This document shows, in pieces, positions 27,487 to 41,293 of a stretch of DNA of 64,000 bases. Source of the DNA: Lama guanicoe (lineage: Eukaryota); assembly GCA_013239625.1 (NCBI GenBank), contig MU053472.1:3321822-3385821 (forward strand), given 5' to 3'. Position numbers and translations under genes: made by a program. Below the pieces are notes generated by a model, which was not told where the DNA came from, did not search any database, and saw nothing but the letters and a program-made list of their open reading frames with translations. Position 1 is the stretch's first letter. Each line of letters begins with the position of its first letter.

Positions 27487-28929
27487 TGAGTATATCATTT
27501 TAGCATGTTGCAGCCATTGCTGTCCGTGGCTTATGTTGTTGGAAGGACTATTTTATGTATGAATTTCAAAGTGTATTCCTAATAGCATTTATAACAGTAA
27601 TAATAGCTAAAATTTGATAAATGTTCTTACGTACCAGGTACTGTGCAAAAAAAGCACTTTATATATGCCTTAATCTCCTTTACCTATAAAATTCTTGGGA
27701 GGTAGCTTTTAGTATTTGCTTTTCATAACTGTAGAAACTGATGTGTAAAGAACTTAAGCAACATACTGTCTTTTCACAATTAAGTAAATGAAGGAGAGAA
27801 ATTAGAGTTTAGGTTTGTTTGAATCCAAAGCTCATTATCTTATCTGCTCTTATATACTATCTTTTTTGTATATTTGCATCTTGTTTGTATATCTGTTTCT
27901 ACCACAGAATAATCTGAATAGAATCATTGGATCTTTGGCTTACAAGGGACCTTTTGAAAACTCACTTTATGTATGGAAGTTGCCTCAATCACAGTGTTGT
28001 TGGTATAGCCAGGCTAGAACCTCACATTGTCTTCTTGGACGCAGTATTTTGAAAACCGAACTATACTGCTCCTCCTAGGATTACCTGATTTAAATAGTGG
28101 GTGTTTCTTTTGTGTTCTTGGACCTGTCTAATTAAGCATGGAAATCTTGACTAGAACAATCATCAGCTGGCTTTGTCCTGCTCCTACTTTGCCAGTGGTG
28201 CCCTTGGAATGAATGCTGGTATGTTCTGTAGCATGCTTGGATAATTAAAGACCTCTTAACTGCTGCTCCTCAGCCTTTCAGCTTCCACCTATGCACTCTA
28301 CTCTCCCTGTTTCTCACTTTATTCCTAGATGATCTCGGTCACACAGGTATTTCAGTTCTATCTATATGCTGATTACTCTTCAAATTGTATCTCTACCCAT
28401 TTTTTCCTCAAGACTTCCAGACTCCAGACCAATATAACAGCCTGGTTTTAATGTCTCAGCTTAGCATCTACCCCAAATGAAATGATTACCTTTTCATCTG
28501 CCAGCAGACATGTCAGTAATAGTCACCATTTAGTGACTTACTGTGTTATACATTCTTCACCTGTTCCTTTCCCTCAAACTCTGCCTGTAACATGTTACCA
28601 GAACCTGTTGATTCTTCCCCTAAATGGTGTGTGAATTCATTTGTTGTATGACATTCTGTTGCCATTTCTGGTCTAGGCCACTGTCTTTCAAAACAGCCTT
28701 TCACTGGGGCTCTTTGTATCCATTTTTACTCCTTCCGTTCTGTTTCCCATGACATGAGTTCACAATGAGGTGATTTTTTTTCTTTCAAAATAATGTCTGA
28801 TCATGTCACTTCTCTACTTAAAAACCATTTATTGCATTCCATTTACTTATAGGATGAAGTCCAAACTTATTAATATGGCATACAAGGCCCTGCATGTGCT
28901 GGCTTCTGCTCATCCCCCCCCCCCGCTTT

Positions 28930-30108
28930 ACTCTGAGGTATAATTAACAAAAACTGTATATATTTAAGGTACAACATGATGGTTTCATATAAATATACAT
29001 TGTGCAATGACTGCCACAGTCAAGGTAATTAGCACTCATTAACCTCATAAGTAACCTTTTTTTTCTTTCTTCCTCTCGACCTTCTCTTGTGGCAACCACC
29101 TGTTCTCTGTATCTATGACTGTATCTCTTTTGTTATGTTTGTTCATTAGTTTTGTTTTTTAGATTCTACGTATAAGTAAAATCATGTGGTATTTGTCTTT
29201 CTCTGACATGTTTCGCTTGGCATAATACTCTCTAGGTCCATAATGTTGCAAATGGCAAGATTTTGTTCTTTTTATGGCTGAGTAATATTCCTGTATGTGT
29301 GTGTCTCTGTGTGTGTACACACGTGTGCATGTGCTCTCTGCCCCTTCCCCCCACAAATCTTCTTTATCCTTCCGTCTATCAGTGGATGCTTAGGTAGCTA
29401 TTATAAATAATGCTGCAGTGAACATTAGGGTGCATTTATCTTTTCAAGTTAGTGTTTTCGTTTTCTTTGAAAAACTACCTAGAAGTGGAATTGCTGGATC
29501 ATATGGCAGTTCTATTTTTAATTTTTTGAGGAACCTTTATATTGTTTTCCATAGTAGCTGTACCAGTTTGCATTCACACCAACAGTGCATCAAGGTTCCT
29601 TTTTTCCACATTCTCCACAACACTTGTTGTTTCTTGCCTTTTTGATAATAGTCATTTTGTGGTTTTGATTTACATTTCCTTGATGATTTGTGATACTGTG
29701 CATCTTTTCACTTATTTATTGGTCTTCAGTATGTCTTTGGAAAAAACATCTATTCAGGTCCTGTGCCCATTTTTTAATGAGATTGGTTTGTTGAGTTGTA
29801 TGAATTCTTTTATCTGTTTTGAATATTAACTCCTTATCAGATATATCATTTGCAAATGCCTTCTCTCATTCTGTAGTCTGCCTTTTCATTTTGCTGACAG
29901 TTTCCTTTGCTGTGCAAAAAAACCTTTTTAGTTTGATACAGTCACTTTTTGCTTGTTTCCTTTGCCTAGGGAGACATCACCAAAAACATATTGCTAAGAT
30001 TGATGTCAAAGCATACGGCTTGTGTTTTCTTTTAAGAGTTTTATGGTTTCAGGTCTTACATTTTAAGTCTTTAATTCATTTTGAATTTATTTTTGTGCAG
30101 TGTGAGAA
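28930..30108 (-). mobile_element. L1 3' region
   Basis: L1 3'UTR and ORF2-end text; ORF 29418..29645 is its familiar antisense shadow. Confidence 0.82.
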
Positions 30109-30110
30109 AG

Positions 30111-31300
30111 CCAGTAGAATTCACCTGTGAAACCGTATAGTCTTGGGCCTTTGTTTATTTGGAGTTAAGTTTTTAAAATTACTGATTCAATTTCATTACT
30201 GGTAATTGGTCTATTCATATTTTCTATTTCTTCCTAATTCAGTCTTGGGAGATTGTACATTTCTACTAATTTATCCATTTCTTTTAGGTTGTCCATTTTA
30301 TTGGCTTATAATTGTCTAGTAATCTGTAGTAATCTCTTATGATCCTTTGTATTTCTGTTGTGTTGGTTATAACTTTATCTTTCTTTCTACTAACTGGCTT
30401 TTGTTTCTTTTTTTTTTTTTCTAGTTGCTTTAGGTGTAAGGTTAGGTTGTTTGAGATTTTTGTTTCTGGAGGTAGGCTTATATTGCTATAAACTTTTCTC
30501 TTAGAATTGCTTTTGGTCTGTTCCATAGATATTTTTGGATCATTGTGTTTCCATTTTCATTTGTCTCTAGATATTGTTTGATTTCCTCTTAGATTTCTTC
30601 AATTGTTTGGTAGCATTTTGTTATCCTCCAGGTTTTTGTATTATTTGCAGCTTTTTTCTTTGTACTTGATTTCTAGTCTCATAGTGTTGTGGTTAGAAAA
30701 GATGCTTTCACAGTTGAATTCTACCAAACATTTAAAGAAGAATTAACACCTATCCTTCTCAAATTATCCAAAAAATTGAAGAAAGAGGAATGCTTCCAAA
30801 CTCATTATATGAGGCCAGTATCACCCTAATACCAAACCAGGCAAAGACACCACAAGAAAAGAAATTACAGGCCAGTATCACTGATGAACATGAAAGCAAA
30901 AACTCAACAAAATATCTGTCAAATCAATCAGTGTGATGATGTAATACATCATGTTAACAAATTATGGAATAAGAATCTTTTGATCACTGTTGTTGGGAAT
31001 GTAATTTGGTGCAGCCACTGTGGAAAACAGTATGGAAATTTCTTAAAAAACTAAAAACAGAATTATTACATGATCCAGCAGTCCCATTCCTGGGCATGTA
31101 TTCAAAGAAACCTCTAATTTGAAACAATACATGCACCCCAGTGTTCATAGCAGCACTATTTACAATAGCCAAGACATGGAGGCAACCTAATTGCCTATTG
31201 ACAGATGATTGGATAAAGAAGTTGTGCGTGCGTGCACATGTGCACACACACTAGAATACTGTTCAACCATATAAAAAGAATGAAATGCTGCCATTTGCAC
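30111..31300 (+). mobile_element. L1 with 5' inversion (30111-30705 minus, 30706-31300 plus, internally deleted)
   Basis: The minus part spans ORF2 SIFSNH...GFTGEFY. The plus part resumes at FTVEFYQTFKEELTPILL and then jumps to the 3' end near 30985. Confidence 0.78.
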
Positions 31301-32774
31301 TGTTTGTTGATCTCCAGACCCATATACCTGGCTGCTTAGAAGATCCCAGTTGTGCAGTCTGGTTTAGAAATGTATATTGATTTTTTTTTAACAAGCATCG
31401 TAATTTTTATTCATTCAAATAAATGAATTAATTAAAAATATTATCCAGAAGATTCATCCATAATATATAAAGAACTTCTATAATTCAGTAACAAAGATAA
31501 GATAACCTCCTAGAAAAAAAAGGGCAAAAGGACTACTTCCCAAAGGAGTGTATCTTGGTGAACAACACACATTTTTAGAGGTGCTCACCCTTTTTCACTC
31601 AGAGAAATGCAAATCATGATGTGTCCCAATGTGGCTCTCTCGAGTTTTTTATCCTACATGAGGTTTGCTGAGCTGAGTTTTTTGGACGTGTAGATTGTTT
31701 TCATTATATGTGGGAAATTTTGATTCCTATTTCTTTAAATGATAGTCTTTCTCCTCTGACTCTCTTTATATGTATGTTGGTACACTTGGTGAGTTCCACA
31801 GGTCTCTGAGACTCTGTTCATTTTTCTTCATTCTTTTTCCAGGAAATGCCAGATAAAAAACTACAGTTGTGATACTATCGCACATGCATTATAATGGCTA
31901 ATAGTTTTTAAATTGCCAATACTAAATGTTGAAACTCTCATACTCTGCTGGTGGGAATGAAAATTGATACCACTGCTTTGGAAAACTGTTGGGCAATATG
32001 GGCTAAAGTTGAACATACACATTCTGTGGCTTTCCCAGTTCTAGCAGAATGGGAGCTGGTATTTGCCAGTAGAGTTTTTTACAAGAATATTTAGAGCAGC
32101 ATTTTTTAGGTGGGTTTGTTTTTGTGTGTTTTTAATTTAAGAACAAACAAACTTAATTTATAACAAAGTAAAGGATATGAAAAAGTAGAGAAGATTGGAG
32201 AGATAGTTTGTGACTAGACTGTATAGGACTCTAAATATCATGCTAATGAATGCATACAGGCACTGTGATAAAATCAAGAACTCAGGTAGATTAGTGTGAC
32301 ATTTTAGCAGGATTAACCTGGCTCAGCTCAGGAGGAGGAGATCTGTTTGCTTTTTTATGAGGTGTTTTATTTGTTTTCCATATGAACTTCAAGAGCAGTT
32401 ATCTGCTTACAAATTCAGTAGTTTTATTCCTTTATTCCAAAAGCTAAAAGCAACCCAAATTCCTTCCCAATAGAGTAAAGAAAGAAATTGAGTATATTCA
32501 TACATTGAGATGCTGCACAGCAATAATGAGCAAAGTGCTATAAATAGCACTATAGAGGAATCTCCTGGATATCATATTGAGCAAAGAAGCAGGATGAGTT
32601 ACATACTCTATCATTACATTTATATAAAGTTCAAAAACTGGCAAAACTAATCTGTAGTGTTTAACTCAGGATGGAAGTTACCTTTGGGAAGGAAGGTTAG
32701 CAATTTTAGGAGGAATGAAGGAATTTTGGGGGGTGCCATTAATTTGTGAAAATTCACTAGGCTGTATGAGGCAG

Positions 32775-32802
32775 ACACACACACACACACACACACACAC
32801 AC
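32775..32802. repeat. (AC)14 microsatellite
   Basis: Direct reading. Confidence 0.95.
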
Positions 32803-34062
32803 CCAGAATGATGGCAATATTAGCTTTGAGAGAGGGAAACTAAATAGATGCTGAAGTCTTTGATGCCTGTGAATGGATGTGATAGTGAGTAGGAAGGATG
32901 GAAACATGGGAGGGAAGGAGTATCCAAAGGGCATGAACCACAAAGGAAAGTTTTTACTCACTGGTGAAAGTTTCCAGATGGAGGGGGCATAGTTTTCTGC
33001 CTTTTTTAATAGGAGTTGAAGTGGGTACAGAGGCTAAAGAGAAAAATTAGCAATGGGATAGTCCTTAGAAGAGAAAGAAGATGAAGAAGTAGGAGAAAGT
33101 AAGATGAGGATGTGAATATAGATGAAAAATGTGTAAGTAAATAATTGGCCTGAAGCTTCTGGATAACTGAACTTATCTCCTAAGGTGTTTTTTGATTTGT
33201 TTTGGTTGTGTTGGTGGTGTATTTGTTTGTTTGTTCTGCCAGATCTCTTTGGAAATACTCATGAATAGTCAGAACCTGATTATTTCATGTTATTTTTATA
33301 TTATCTACTTTTAGGCTTTGTTGCATGTAACATCTGTTAATGTTGTGTTTCTTTAGAATATATTTAAACAGCTTTATTTAAGGAGGTCAATTTTAACCAA
33401 CATTTCTATATTTAATACTTGTTAGGCATTGTGCTAGGTACTAGAGAAAAGTTAGATGGTTTCCTTGGCTTAAGGAGCTTAGTCCAGTATAAGTAATATA
33501 GATATGACATTTGCTCTCAGATGTTTATATTATGCATCCATTATTAACAAAGTTCAGTCTAAAAACTTCACATTGTACTTCAATATTTAATGAAGTAGAA
33601 AAAAAGTCTGCCAAAATGTCATGACCTGAGCCATTTTGCTGTCCAGAGACCTGGAGAGATTGCTGTTTTGGTGTCTAGTTCCTTGGATCTGTTATACCAG
33701 GGGCTTGTCTTTCATCCAAGACTGCTGGATTTTGGGATATATTCTCCTTTTCCTTGCCCCTCCATCCCCCTCATTGTATGTATTGTATGCATTGTTACCT
33801 TTTTATTTCTGGGACTCGATGGGGTTGAGGTTTGCTCCTGAATTTTGGGTAGTAATGAGGCCAGTGCTCAGTCACCATTCATTGCACACCTCTCTGGCAG
33901 TCTGGTTTCTTCTTTGTGCTTCTCATCATGAACACCAGCTCCTAAGACCGAGGTCCATAGACAAGTATTCAGACAAAATTAACCAGTTTACTTTTTCTTC
34001 TAAGTCTACTTAAATTTGTGCAAATATATGGTGTTCATTTGCTACATCTCTTTCTTTTGCAG

Positions 34063-34257
34063 GTAGTAACCATGCCTATGTGGGTGCCAGTAGCAGAATG
34101 TCAAGAAGAGCACATTTATGCTCTGCTGCTACCAGTAGTTTATTAGACATTGATCCTTTAATTTTAATACATTTGTTGGACCTTAAGGACCGGAGCAGTA
34201 TGGAAAATTTGTGGGGCTTACAACCCCGCCCACCTGCTTCACTTTTGCAACCCGCAG
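34063..34257 (+). CDS. TRIM37: TRIM37 coding exon (approx. exon 18)
   Basis: ttttgcag|GT AGT AAC...GCA G|gtaaa; 195 nt; [64 protein letters not shown]. Confidence 0.96.
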
Positions 34258-34736
34258 GTAAAATATTAACAATAATTTCCTTTTTTTCTGTGGTTCTCCA
34301 AAAAGAACTCTTAAATTTTAGTCCAAATGTTTAAGTTTTGGAACATGGTATGTTTCTGTAGCAAATTGAGTTTTCATTATATGTTACAAAAATATTTATA
34401 TCAATCAAATTAATATTTTGTTGTTATTTGAACACCTTTGAACAAGGTGTTTCATGCAAAAATAATGTCAAAATGCCTATAAGAAGGTATTTATATGATT
34501 TGCCTTTTAGACCGTGACAAATTAATAGTCTGATACATATGAGGTACAGTTGTCCTCTTTGTGAATGGACTTAGAGTTTTGCAGGCCTCATGAATACCTA
34601 ATTTCTGAGTGGAACTTTGTCTAAATTAATAACAGAAAAAGAAGGTTTACTTAACACTTTGATGTTCAGTAGCCTAAAAATGTATTCCAGTCAACAGTGG
34701 TGGGTTTTTTTTCTTTTTTGGCTTGTAAAAACTGGG

Positions 34737-34817
34737 TTCTTTCTTTCTTCCTTCTCTTCTCTTCTCTTCACTTCTCTTCTCTTCTCTTCTCTTTTCTTTT
34801 CTTTTCTTCCTTTCTTT
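34737..34817. repeat. (CTTCT/CTTTT)n pyrimidine tract
   Basis: Direct reading; probably a decayed L1 tail. Confidence 0.85.
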
Positions 34818-34839
34818 ATACATGCATATATACATATAC

Positions 34840-35350
34840 CTTTATTGTGGTATAGTTCCTGTATAGTAAACTACATACGTTTCAAATGTACAATCTGATG
34901 AATTTTGATAAGTGTATACACCAGTGGAACCACTGTCACAGTCAAGATAGCTAGCATTTCCATCACTCTCCAAGAGGTACAATTTTCAAATTCCCAATTT
35001 ATCCCTTCCTACCCCCATTACCCCCTGGTAACCATAGGTTTGTTCTCTATGTCTCTGAGTCTATCTCTGCTTTGTAGATAAGTTTATTTGTGTCCTTTTT
35101 CTAAGATTCCACATATAAGTGATATCATATGGCATTTTTCTTTCTCTTTCTGGCTTACTTCACTTAGAATGATGATCTCCAGGTCCATGTTGATGCAAAT
35201 GGCATTATTTTATTCTTTTTTATGGCTGAGTAGTATTCCATTGTGTATATATGTGTGTATATACACATATATAGACCACATCTTCTTTGTCCAGTCATCT
35301 GTCAATGGACATTTGGGTTGTTTCCATGTCTTGGCTATTGTAAATAGTTC
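34840..35350 (-). mobile_element. L1 3' UTR fragments
   Basis: tacagatt-like core: ctaagattccacatataagtgatatcatatgg...ggttgtttccatgtcttggctattgtaaatag. Confidence 0.8.
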
Positions 35351-36139
35351 AACAGCAGTGTTTTATTTTCAGAGATTGTTTGTTAGAGAGAAATTACATT
35401 TGTATTACTATAATATGTACACACAATTTGGGTATATAGTCAGACCGGGACCTTTTGAAACTTTAAGAAAGGCATTTACCTTTAAATGACACATTTTAAA
35501 AACCATTTTTGTTGGAAAGCTTTCTAAAATATACTGAACATTTTTCTACCCATCTAAACAATCATATTACGCAAATCAAATCATTGATTTAAAAGTGTTT
35601 TTGACGCTTCTTTAAAGCAGCAGAATTCATTTTTCAAACAGAGCTTAAGGCAGAGCCTCAGTGTAGAAAACAGAGAAATGTACCTGCTCTGTTGGGTATA
35701 GATCAGACCCTGGATTATTTAGACCCCTTTTTTCCTAAGATATACTTATTGGAAGCCTGAGTCCTCAATTTGAAAGACTGTCTCCAATTAGATTATGAAA
35801 CAGTTGCCTTTTTCTATGGCCCAAGTGTATTTTGTGTTATGATTGTACTTTTGGAGCACTTACCACATTGTATATAATTTTACATTTTTTTCTGAGTCAT
35901 TTTTATTGTTGAAACTTGAAAAATAAAGAAAATTATAAAGAAGAAAATAAAAATTAGACATAGTTCTTGTGATCAACAAAGAAATAACCTTTTAAAAAAT
36001 ACTTATCACATTGGTAAAAGCTTTGCTTAATTATAACTACTGTTATTTGCAAAGACCCAGTGAAACAGACAAGTTCTAGTTCTACAGATAGATGTGTACA
36101 TTGATTTAACCTTTTTGAAGGCAAAAAATTTTTTTAGTT

Positions 36140-36275
36140 TAGTTTTATTTTGGGGGGGGTAGGTAATGGGTTAATTTATTTAATAATTTTTTAATGGAGG
36201 TACTGAGGATTGAACCCAGGACCTCGTGCATACTTAGCATGCACTCTACTACCTGAGCTATAGTCCACACCCCTC
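36140..36275 (-). mobile_element. tRNA-derived SINE (Vic-1-like)
   Basis: ggaggtactgaggattgaacccaggacctcgtgcatacttagcatgcactctactacctgagctata. Confidence 0.88.
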
Positions 36276-37074
36276 CATCTTCCCATTCCCCCAAAAAGGA
36301 AATTTTTATACTAGATTTAAAATACCTCTATCCTTTAATCATGTAACTTCACTTCCAGGAGTATATCCCAAAGAGAAAACAATCAGAAGTGTTTGAAAAT
36401 AGCCAACAATACAATTATGGTTGAAAAACTTATAGTTTAGATATGCAATAATATTTTATAGACAGCTAAAGTCATGTTTTTGAAGATGCTTAATGTTATT
36501 GGAAAAATGTAGTCTACAGAAACAGGATAAGATCTAGGTTCTCTAAAAATAAGTTTAATTTTCTATTAAAATTAATAATATAAATGAGATGACTTGAGTT
36601 TCAAATCCAGGTGATTAAAATGCTGATGACAAGGAGGATGGGGGGAATAGAGAGGAAGAGGCTTGAATTTAAACATCTTGAGTTTGACATTCCAATGGGA
36701 TATCAGAGTAGAGATGCCCAGGAGACAACTAAAAATTAAGAATTGGAATACAGGCAGTTATTTACCTAGAGGTCATACTGAATAATTAAAACTAAGGGAG
36801 TAGGACTGCAAAAAAGTGAGTTTCAAGAAATTTTTTTAAAAGAAAAGGGCTAGGGACATAATCATGGTGAATATCTTTTTATTAAGTGTGTAGAAGATGA
36901 ATCAGATGAAGAGCCTTTGGAAAGGCAAGAAACCAAGAGAACAAGAGTCATGGAAGCCAAATGGAAATAACCTTTCTATGAGAGGGAATTTAAAAGCTGA
37001 TGTTACAGAAAGATCCAGCTCTTTTTTTTTAATGCTTGCTTGGATTTTTTTTTTTAATTGAATTATAGACTTGC

Positions 37075-37880
37075 TTGGATTTTGATGTTCCTTTTTGGTT
37101 CTTTGTGTATTCTTTCCTTCTCAATCTGTTAACTTTTATTTCCTTTTCTCATCTACTGCGTTGGCCAGGGCTTCCTGTACAGTTTGAAAAGGGGTGGTGA
37201 AAGGGTATTCCCTCATCTTGGTGGGAAAGCTTTGAATTTCTTACCATTAAGTATGATATTAGCTGTAGGTTTTCTGTAGCTATTTTTTATCACGTTGAGG
37301 AAGTTCTCTTCTATTCCAGGGTTTTAGCATGAATGGTTGTTAGATTTTGTCAAATGGTTTTTTGCATTGATTGATATGATGTAATAGATTGCATTAGTTG
37401 ATTTTTGAATATTGAACCAGGCTTGCATACCTGGAATAAATCCCAGTTGGTTGTGATATATGATTTTTTTAAAATACATTGTTGAATTCAGTTTGCTAAT
37501 ATTTTGTTAAGGGTTTTTGCATCTGTGTTCATGAGTTACTAGTCTAATTTTCTTCTAGTGTCTTTGGTTTTAATACTAGAGTAATGCTGGCCTCATAGAT
37601 TGGGTAAGGAAATCTTCCCTCTGCTTCTTTCATTAGAGATTGTAGGGAATTTCTATAATTCTTCCTTAAATGTTTGGTAAAGTTCACCAGTAAACCCGTT
37701 TGGGCCAGATTGTTTGTTTTGGAAAGTTATTAGTTACTGATCCAGTTTCTCTGATAGATGAATGGATAGATACAGGCCTATTCATATTTCTTCTTCTGTG
37801 AGTTTTGGCAGATTGCCTTTCAAGGAATTGGTTCATTACATCTAGGTTATCATTTTTGTTGGCATTCCTTTATTATCTTT
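37075..37880 (-). mobile_element. Decayed L1 ORF2 (RT region) fragment
   Basis: Homologous to 560-1450 of this window (ttgaaccaggcttgcatacctggaataaatcccagttggt). Confidence 0.8.
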
Positions 37881-39544
37881 TTATTGTTTCTTTTGACATA
37901 CATTGAGTGAACATCTGTCACATATCAGACTCACTGCAGGTTCCTATTCTTAACCACTGTGCTGTAAAAGGAGCATCGTAAGAGGCATCAGGGTATGAGC
38001 AACAGATAATATAGCTGAACCAGATTTTAAGGGATGTGCAGTGGTAATTAGAACTAGAAAGTCAAGTTGGGTCCATTCTGTGGAAGGCCTTGCATCCTTG
38101 CTGAGGGAATTTATTCATAGTGGACAGTGGGGAGCCATTGTTTTAGTTTAGTAATTTGATTCAAACTGTTTTAGAAAGCTTTTAGTACTGGGAAAACTAT
38201 CAGAAATGGAAATGTAGTTTGGGTACGGTTGTAGAAGTTTATTTCAGTGTAGTTTCTAGTACTAGACGGAGAATTCATACATTTCTGTGTATTTTCTCAA
38301 TCATATGCTTAAAAATATTGGACCTTAAAAATAAGGTCTTCAGACTCTTGACATTATAAAGTTCTACTTAACCTTTGGGGAACCGATTAACCTAGGCAGC
38401 ATATAATTAAGATTTTACTTACAGCATGGCAGTTATGCTTATGAAGATAGAGGATTTAGGACTTGGTAGCTAATTGTAATGTGGACCTTGAAGAGGCTTA
38501 GGTGACCAGGAGGAGGGTGGCAGCATTGACAGTTACTGCAGTCTGGAGGAAGAGCTGTAGAGAACTGTCATTCTTGAAGGACTTAACTGAGTATTATGAA
38601 AGAAGTGTTACAGATGAGACTTTAATTTCTATTAACCTTTAACTTGGCAAATTCAGGAAGACTTCACATCATCAGTGTGGTCAGTATCCTTAAGTTGTCA
38701 GGTTCCCCTGGTAAAAGATCCCATAGCACCTTACTCTTTCCTGTGTTGGCTCTTAGCACACGGTACTGAAATAGAGTTGCATTTGTCTCAGCTGGACTGT
38801 GACCTTTGTGAGGGCAAAGACAAGTGTTTGTCTCGTTCACTGCTGTAACCCCTGCCTAGCACAGTGCATAGCATTTGAAATAGGCTCATTGATTGTTATT
38901 GACTGATTATCAGATGATGGAGGTTTAAGTCTTTTTTGTACTTTCCCATTTGGGCTTTTTAGTTTTTAAAAATTCTTGTCAGTTTCTAGTAATAATAAAC
39001 TGAACCATGTGGATTAGTACAGAGTTTTGTGTGTAAGTCCAGGTAGATGTGGAGTGGGAGGTGGGAGCCAGAAAGATTTATTTAGCTTTTTGGGCTGGAA
39101 TACAAAGATCACTAAGATGTAATCTCCACCGTCAAGTTGTTCACATTCTGCATGTTTGTCTTCCATGTGGTAAGTGCTGCAATAGCAGTAGACTCCACGT
39201 GCTGTATACAAAGTTAGGTAAAAATTGATTCGGAAGGAGGGGAGCAGTTGGTGGTTTAGATGCCTGAAGAAGGGGACGTTTCAGATTATATCTGATGAGT
39301 TTTAGAAAACTGCCCTGGTGCGTTGGTTGACAGAGGGTTGGATGGGAACTAAGCTGCAGAGTGCTTTCACAGACATTGACTTTTCTGAGCCTCATGACAG
39401 CCCTGTTACATGTATATTATTGTCTTCATTTCACAAGTAAATAAATGGACTCAGAAGTTGGCAGACTTAAAGAAAGTTACAGTAACTAAATAGTAGATCT
39501 GAGACCAAGTGTTGGGTTTCTAAAATCTCTCCTAATAATTCCGT

Positions 39545-40130
39545 TGTGAATGCTTTCCACTGCAAGTAGCGAAATGCTGCTAATGGTAGCTTAACTAATG
39601 AAGGCACTTTATTTGTGCACATTAAGTCTGAAGGTAAGTGATTCCAGGATCATCAGATACTTAAAGGCAGGACATGGGATGGTCTTCCTGTGATTCTCTT
39701 GCTGTTTCTGCCATGGCAATAAGATGACTGTCACAGCTTCAGGCATCATGTATTCACAGGAATGTGTCACTAGCAGGAAAGAAAAGACTAGATGGAAAAG
39801 AGACCTATTCCTGTGACATTGGAGAGCAAAGTTACTAAGATCACTGACTCTGGAGGCAGACTCCTCAGTTTGAAATCAAGCTCCTCTAATTATTGTTACC
39901 TAACACAATAAAATCTCCCTATCAGGACAGAAAGTCTTTCCCTCCCCCCACCCTGACTTTTGCCTGGAATTCTTGGGTCATACGCCCACCCTAAGCACTC
40001 AAGTGGGGAATGAGCTTAGATCAGTCTTGACTCACATCCTCTGAAGCTGAACAAAGGGCAGACCTAACTTCCCTGAGCACACTGCTGTCCGCCTGATTAC
40101 CTGAACACAATCTGAGTTCTCTTGGCATGA
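39545..40130 (-). mobile_element. Old MaLR (MLT1-type) LTR remnant
   Basis: ctgcaagtagcgaaa...agcttaactaa...tttattt...aagtctgaaggt...aagatgactgtcacagcttcaggcatca; degenerate. Confidence 0.5.
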
Positions 40131-40366
40131 GCCTAGACCCTAGAAGTGGGGGAATGGCTGTTGCACACGCTACAGTGTCTACCTTTTCCCTCTTCTACGT
40201 CAGAAGATTGTTGCAATGTGTAAACAGGTTCAGCTGTCATTCCTGTTGATAAAGGACTTTTTCTTTGCCTAGTTAGGGTACCTGTTGGTACCCCGTTTGG
40301 GGGAGGAAGGGTTTTTTTTAGGTAGAAGACGATTTCTTTTTGCTTTGAGTCAGTCATAATAATCTT

Positions 40367-41293
40367 TCATTTCCAAAATATCTGCCTCTTTTTCCCTTTC
40401 GGCAATAGAAAGTGTGTGTTTTCCTTGCTCATTCCTTTCTTTAATATTTGGAGGGGGGAAGAAATTAAAAACAATTTCAACACTTTCTCTGGGAAGAGAG
40501 AGAAAACAATGTTTAGTGGCTGCAGAGACTCAGTGACAGGGAACTTTTTTTTTTTTCTTTTTTTCTCCTTTGTTTCTCTGTTGTTGATTTCCAGTTTCAT
40601 GGCATTGTGGTCAGTAAAGATGCTTGAGATAATTTCTATCTTCTTAAATTTGTTGAGGTTTCTTTTGTGTCCAAGTACATGATCGATCCTGGAAAATGTT
40701 CCATGTGCACTTGAAAAGAATGTATATTCTATTTTTGGGGGGTGTAAAGCTCTGAAAATATCCACCAAATCTAGTTTTTCTATTGTAGTATTTAATTTCT
40801 CTGTTGCCTTGTTTATTTTCTGTCTGGAAGATCTGTCTAGTGATGTTAATGCAGTGTTAAAATCTCCAACTATGATTGTATTCCCATCAATATCCCCCTT
40901 TATCTCTGTTAGTAATTCTTGTATGTACTTAGGTGCTCCTATATTGGGTGCATATATATTAACGAGTGTAATATCTTCATCTTGTATCACTCCTTTAATC
41001 ATTATAAAATGTCCTTCTTTATCTTTCTTTATGGCCTTTGTTTTAAAGTCTATTTTGTCTGAAATCAGTACTGCAACACCTGCTTTTTTGGCTTTTCCAT
41101 TTGCATGGAATATCCTTTTCCATCCTTTCACTCTCAATCTATATGTGTCCTTCTCCCTAAAGTGGGTCTCTTGTATGCAGCATATTGAAGGTTCTTGCTT
41201 TATTATCCAGTCTGCCACTCTATGTCTTTTGACTGGAGCATTTAGTCCATTAACATTTACAGTAATTAATGATAGATGTGTGTTTATTGCCAT
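40367..41293 (-). CDS. L1 ORF2 APE-type endonuclease (247 codons) fused in frame to 61 intron-derived codons
   Basis: NVNGLN, IQETH, NIYAPN, GDFNT, SRIDH and TDHN motifs are all present. The frame crosses the TSD and stops at 40367. Confidence 0.9.
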   Translation of the reverse strand: MAINTHLSLITVNVNGLNAPVKRHRVADWIIKQEPSICCIQETHFREKDTYRLRVKGWKRIFHANGKAKKAGVAVLISDKIDFKTKAIKKDKEGHFIMIKGVIQDEDITLVNIYAPNIGAPKYIQELLTEIKGDIDGNTIIVGDFNTALTSLDRSSRQKINKATEKLNTTIEKLDLVDIFRALHPPKIEYTFFSSAHGTFSRIDHVLGHKRNLNKFKKIEIISSIFTDHNAMKLEINNRETKEKKRKKKKFPVTESLQPLNIVFSLFPEKVLKLFLISSPLQILKKGMSKENTHFLLPKGKKRQIFWK

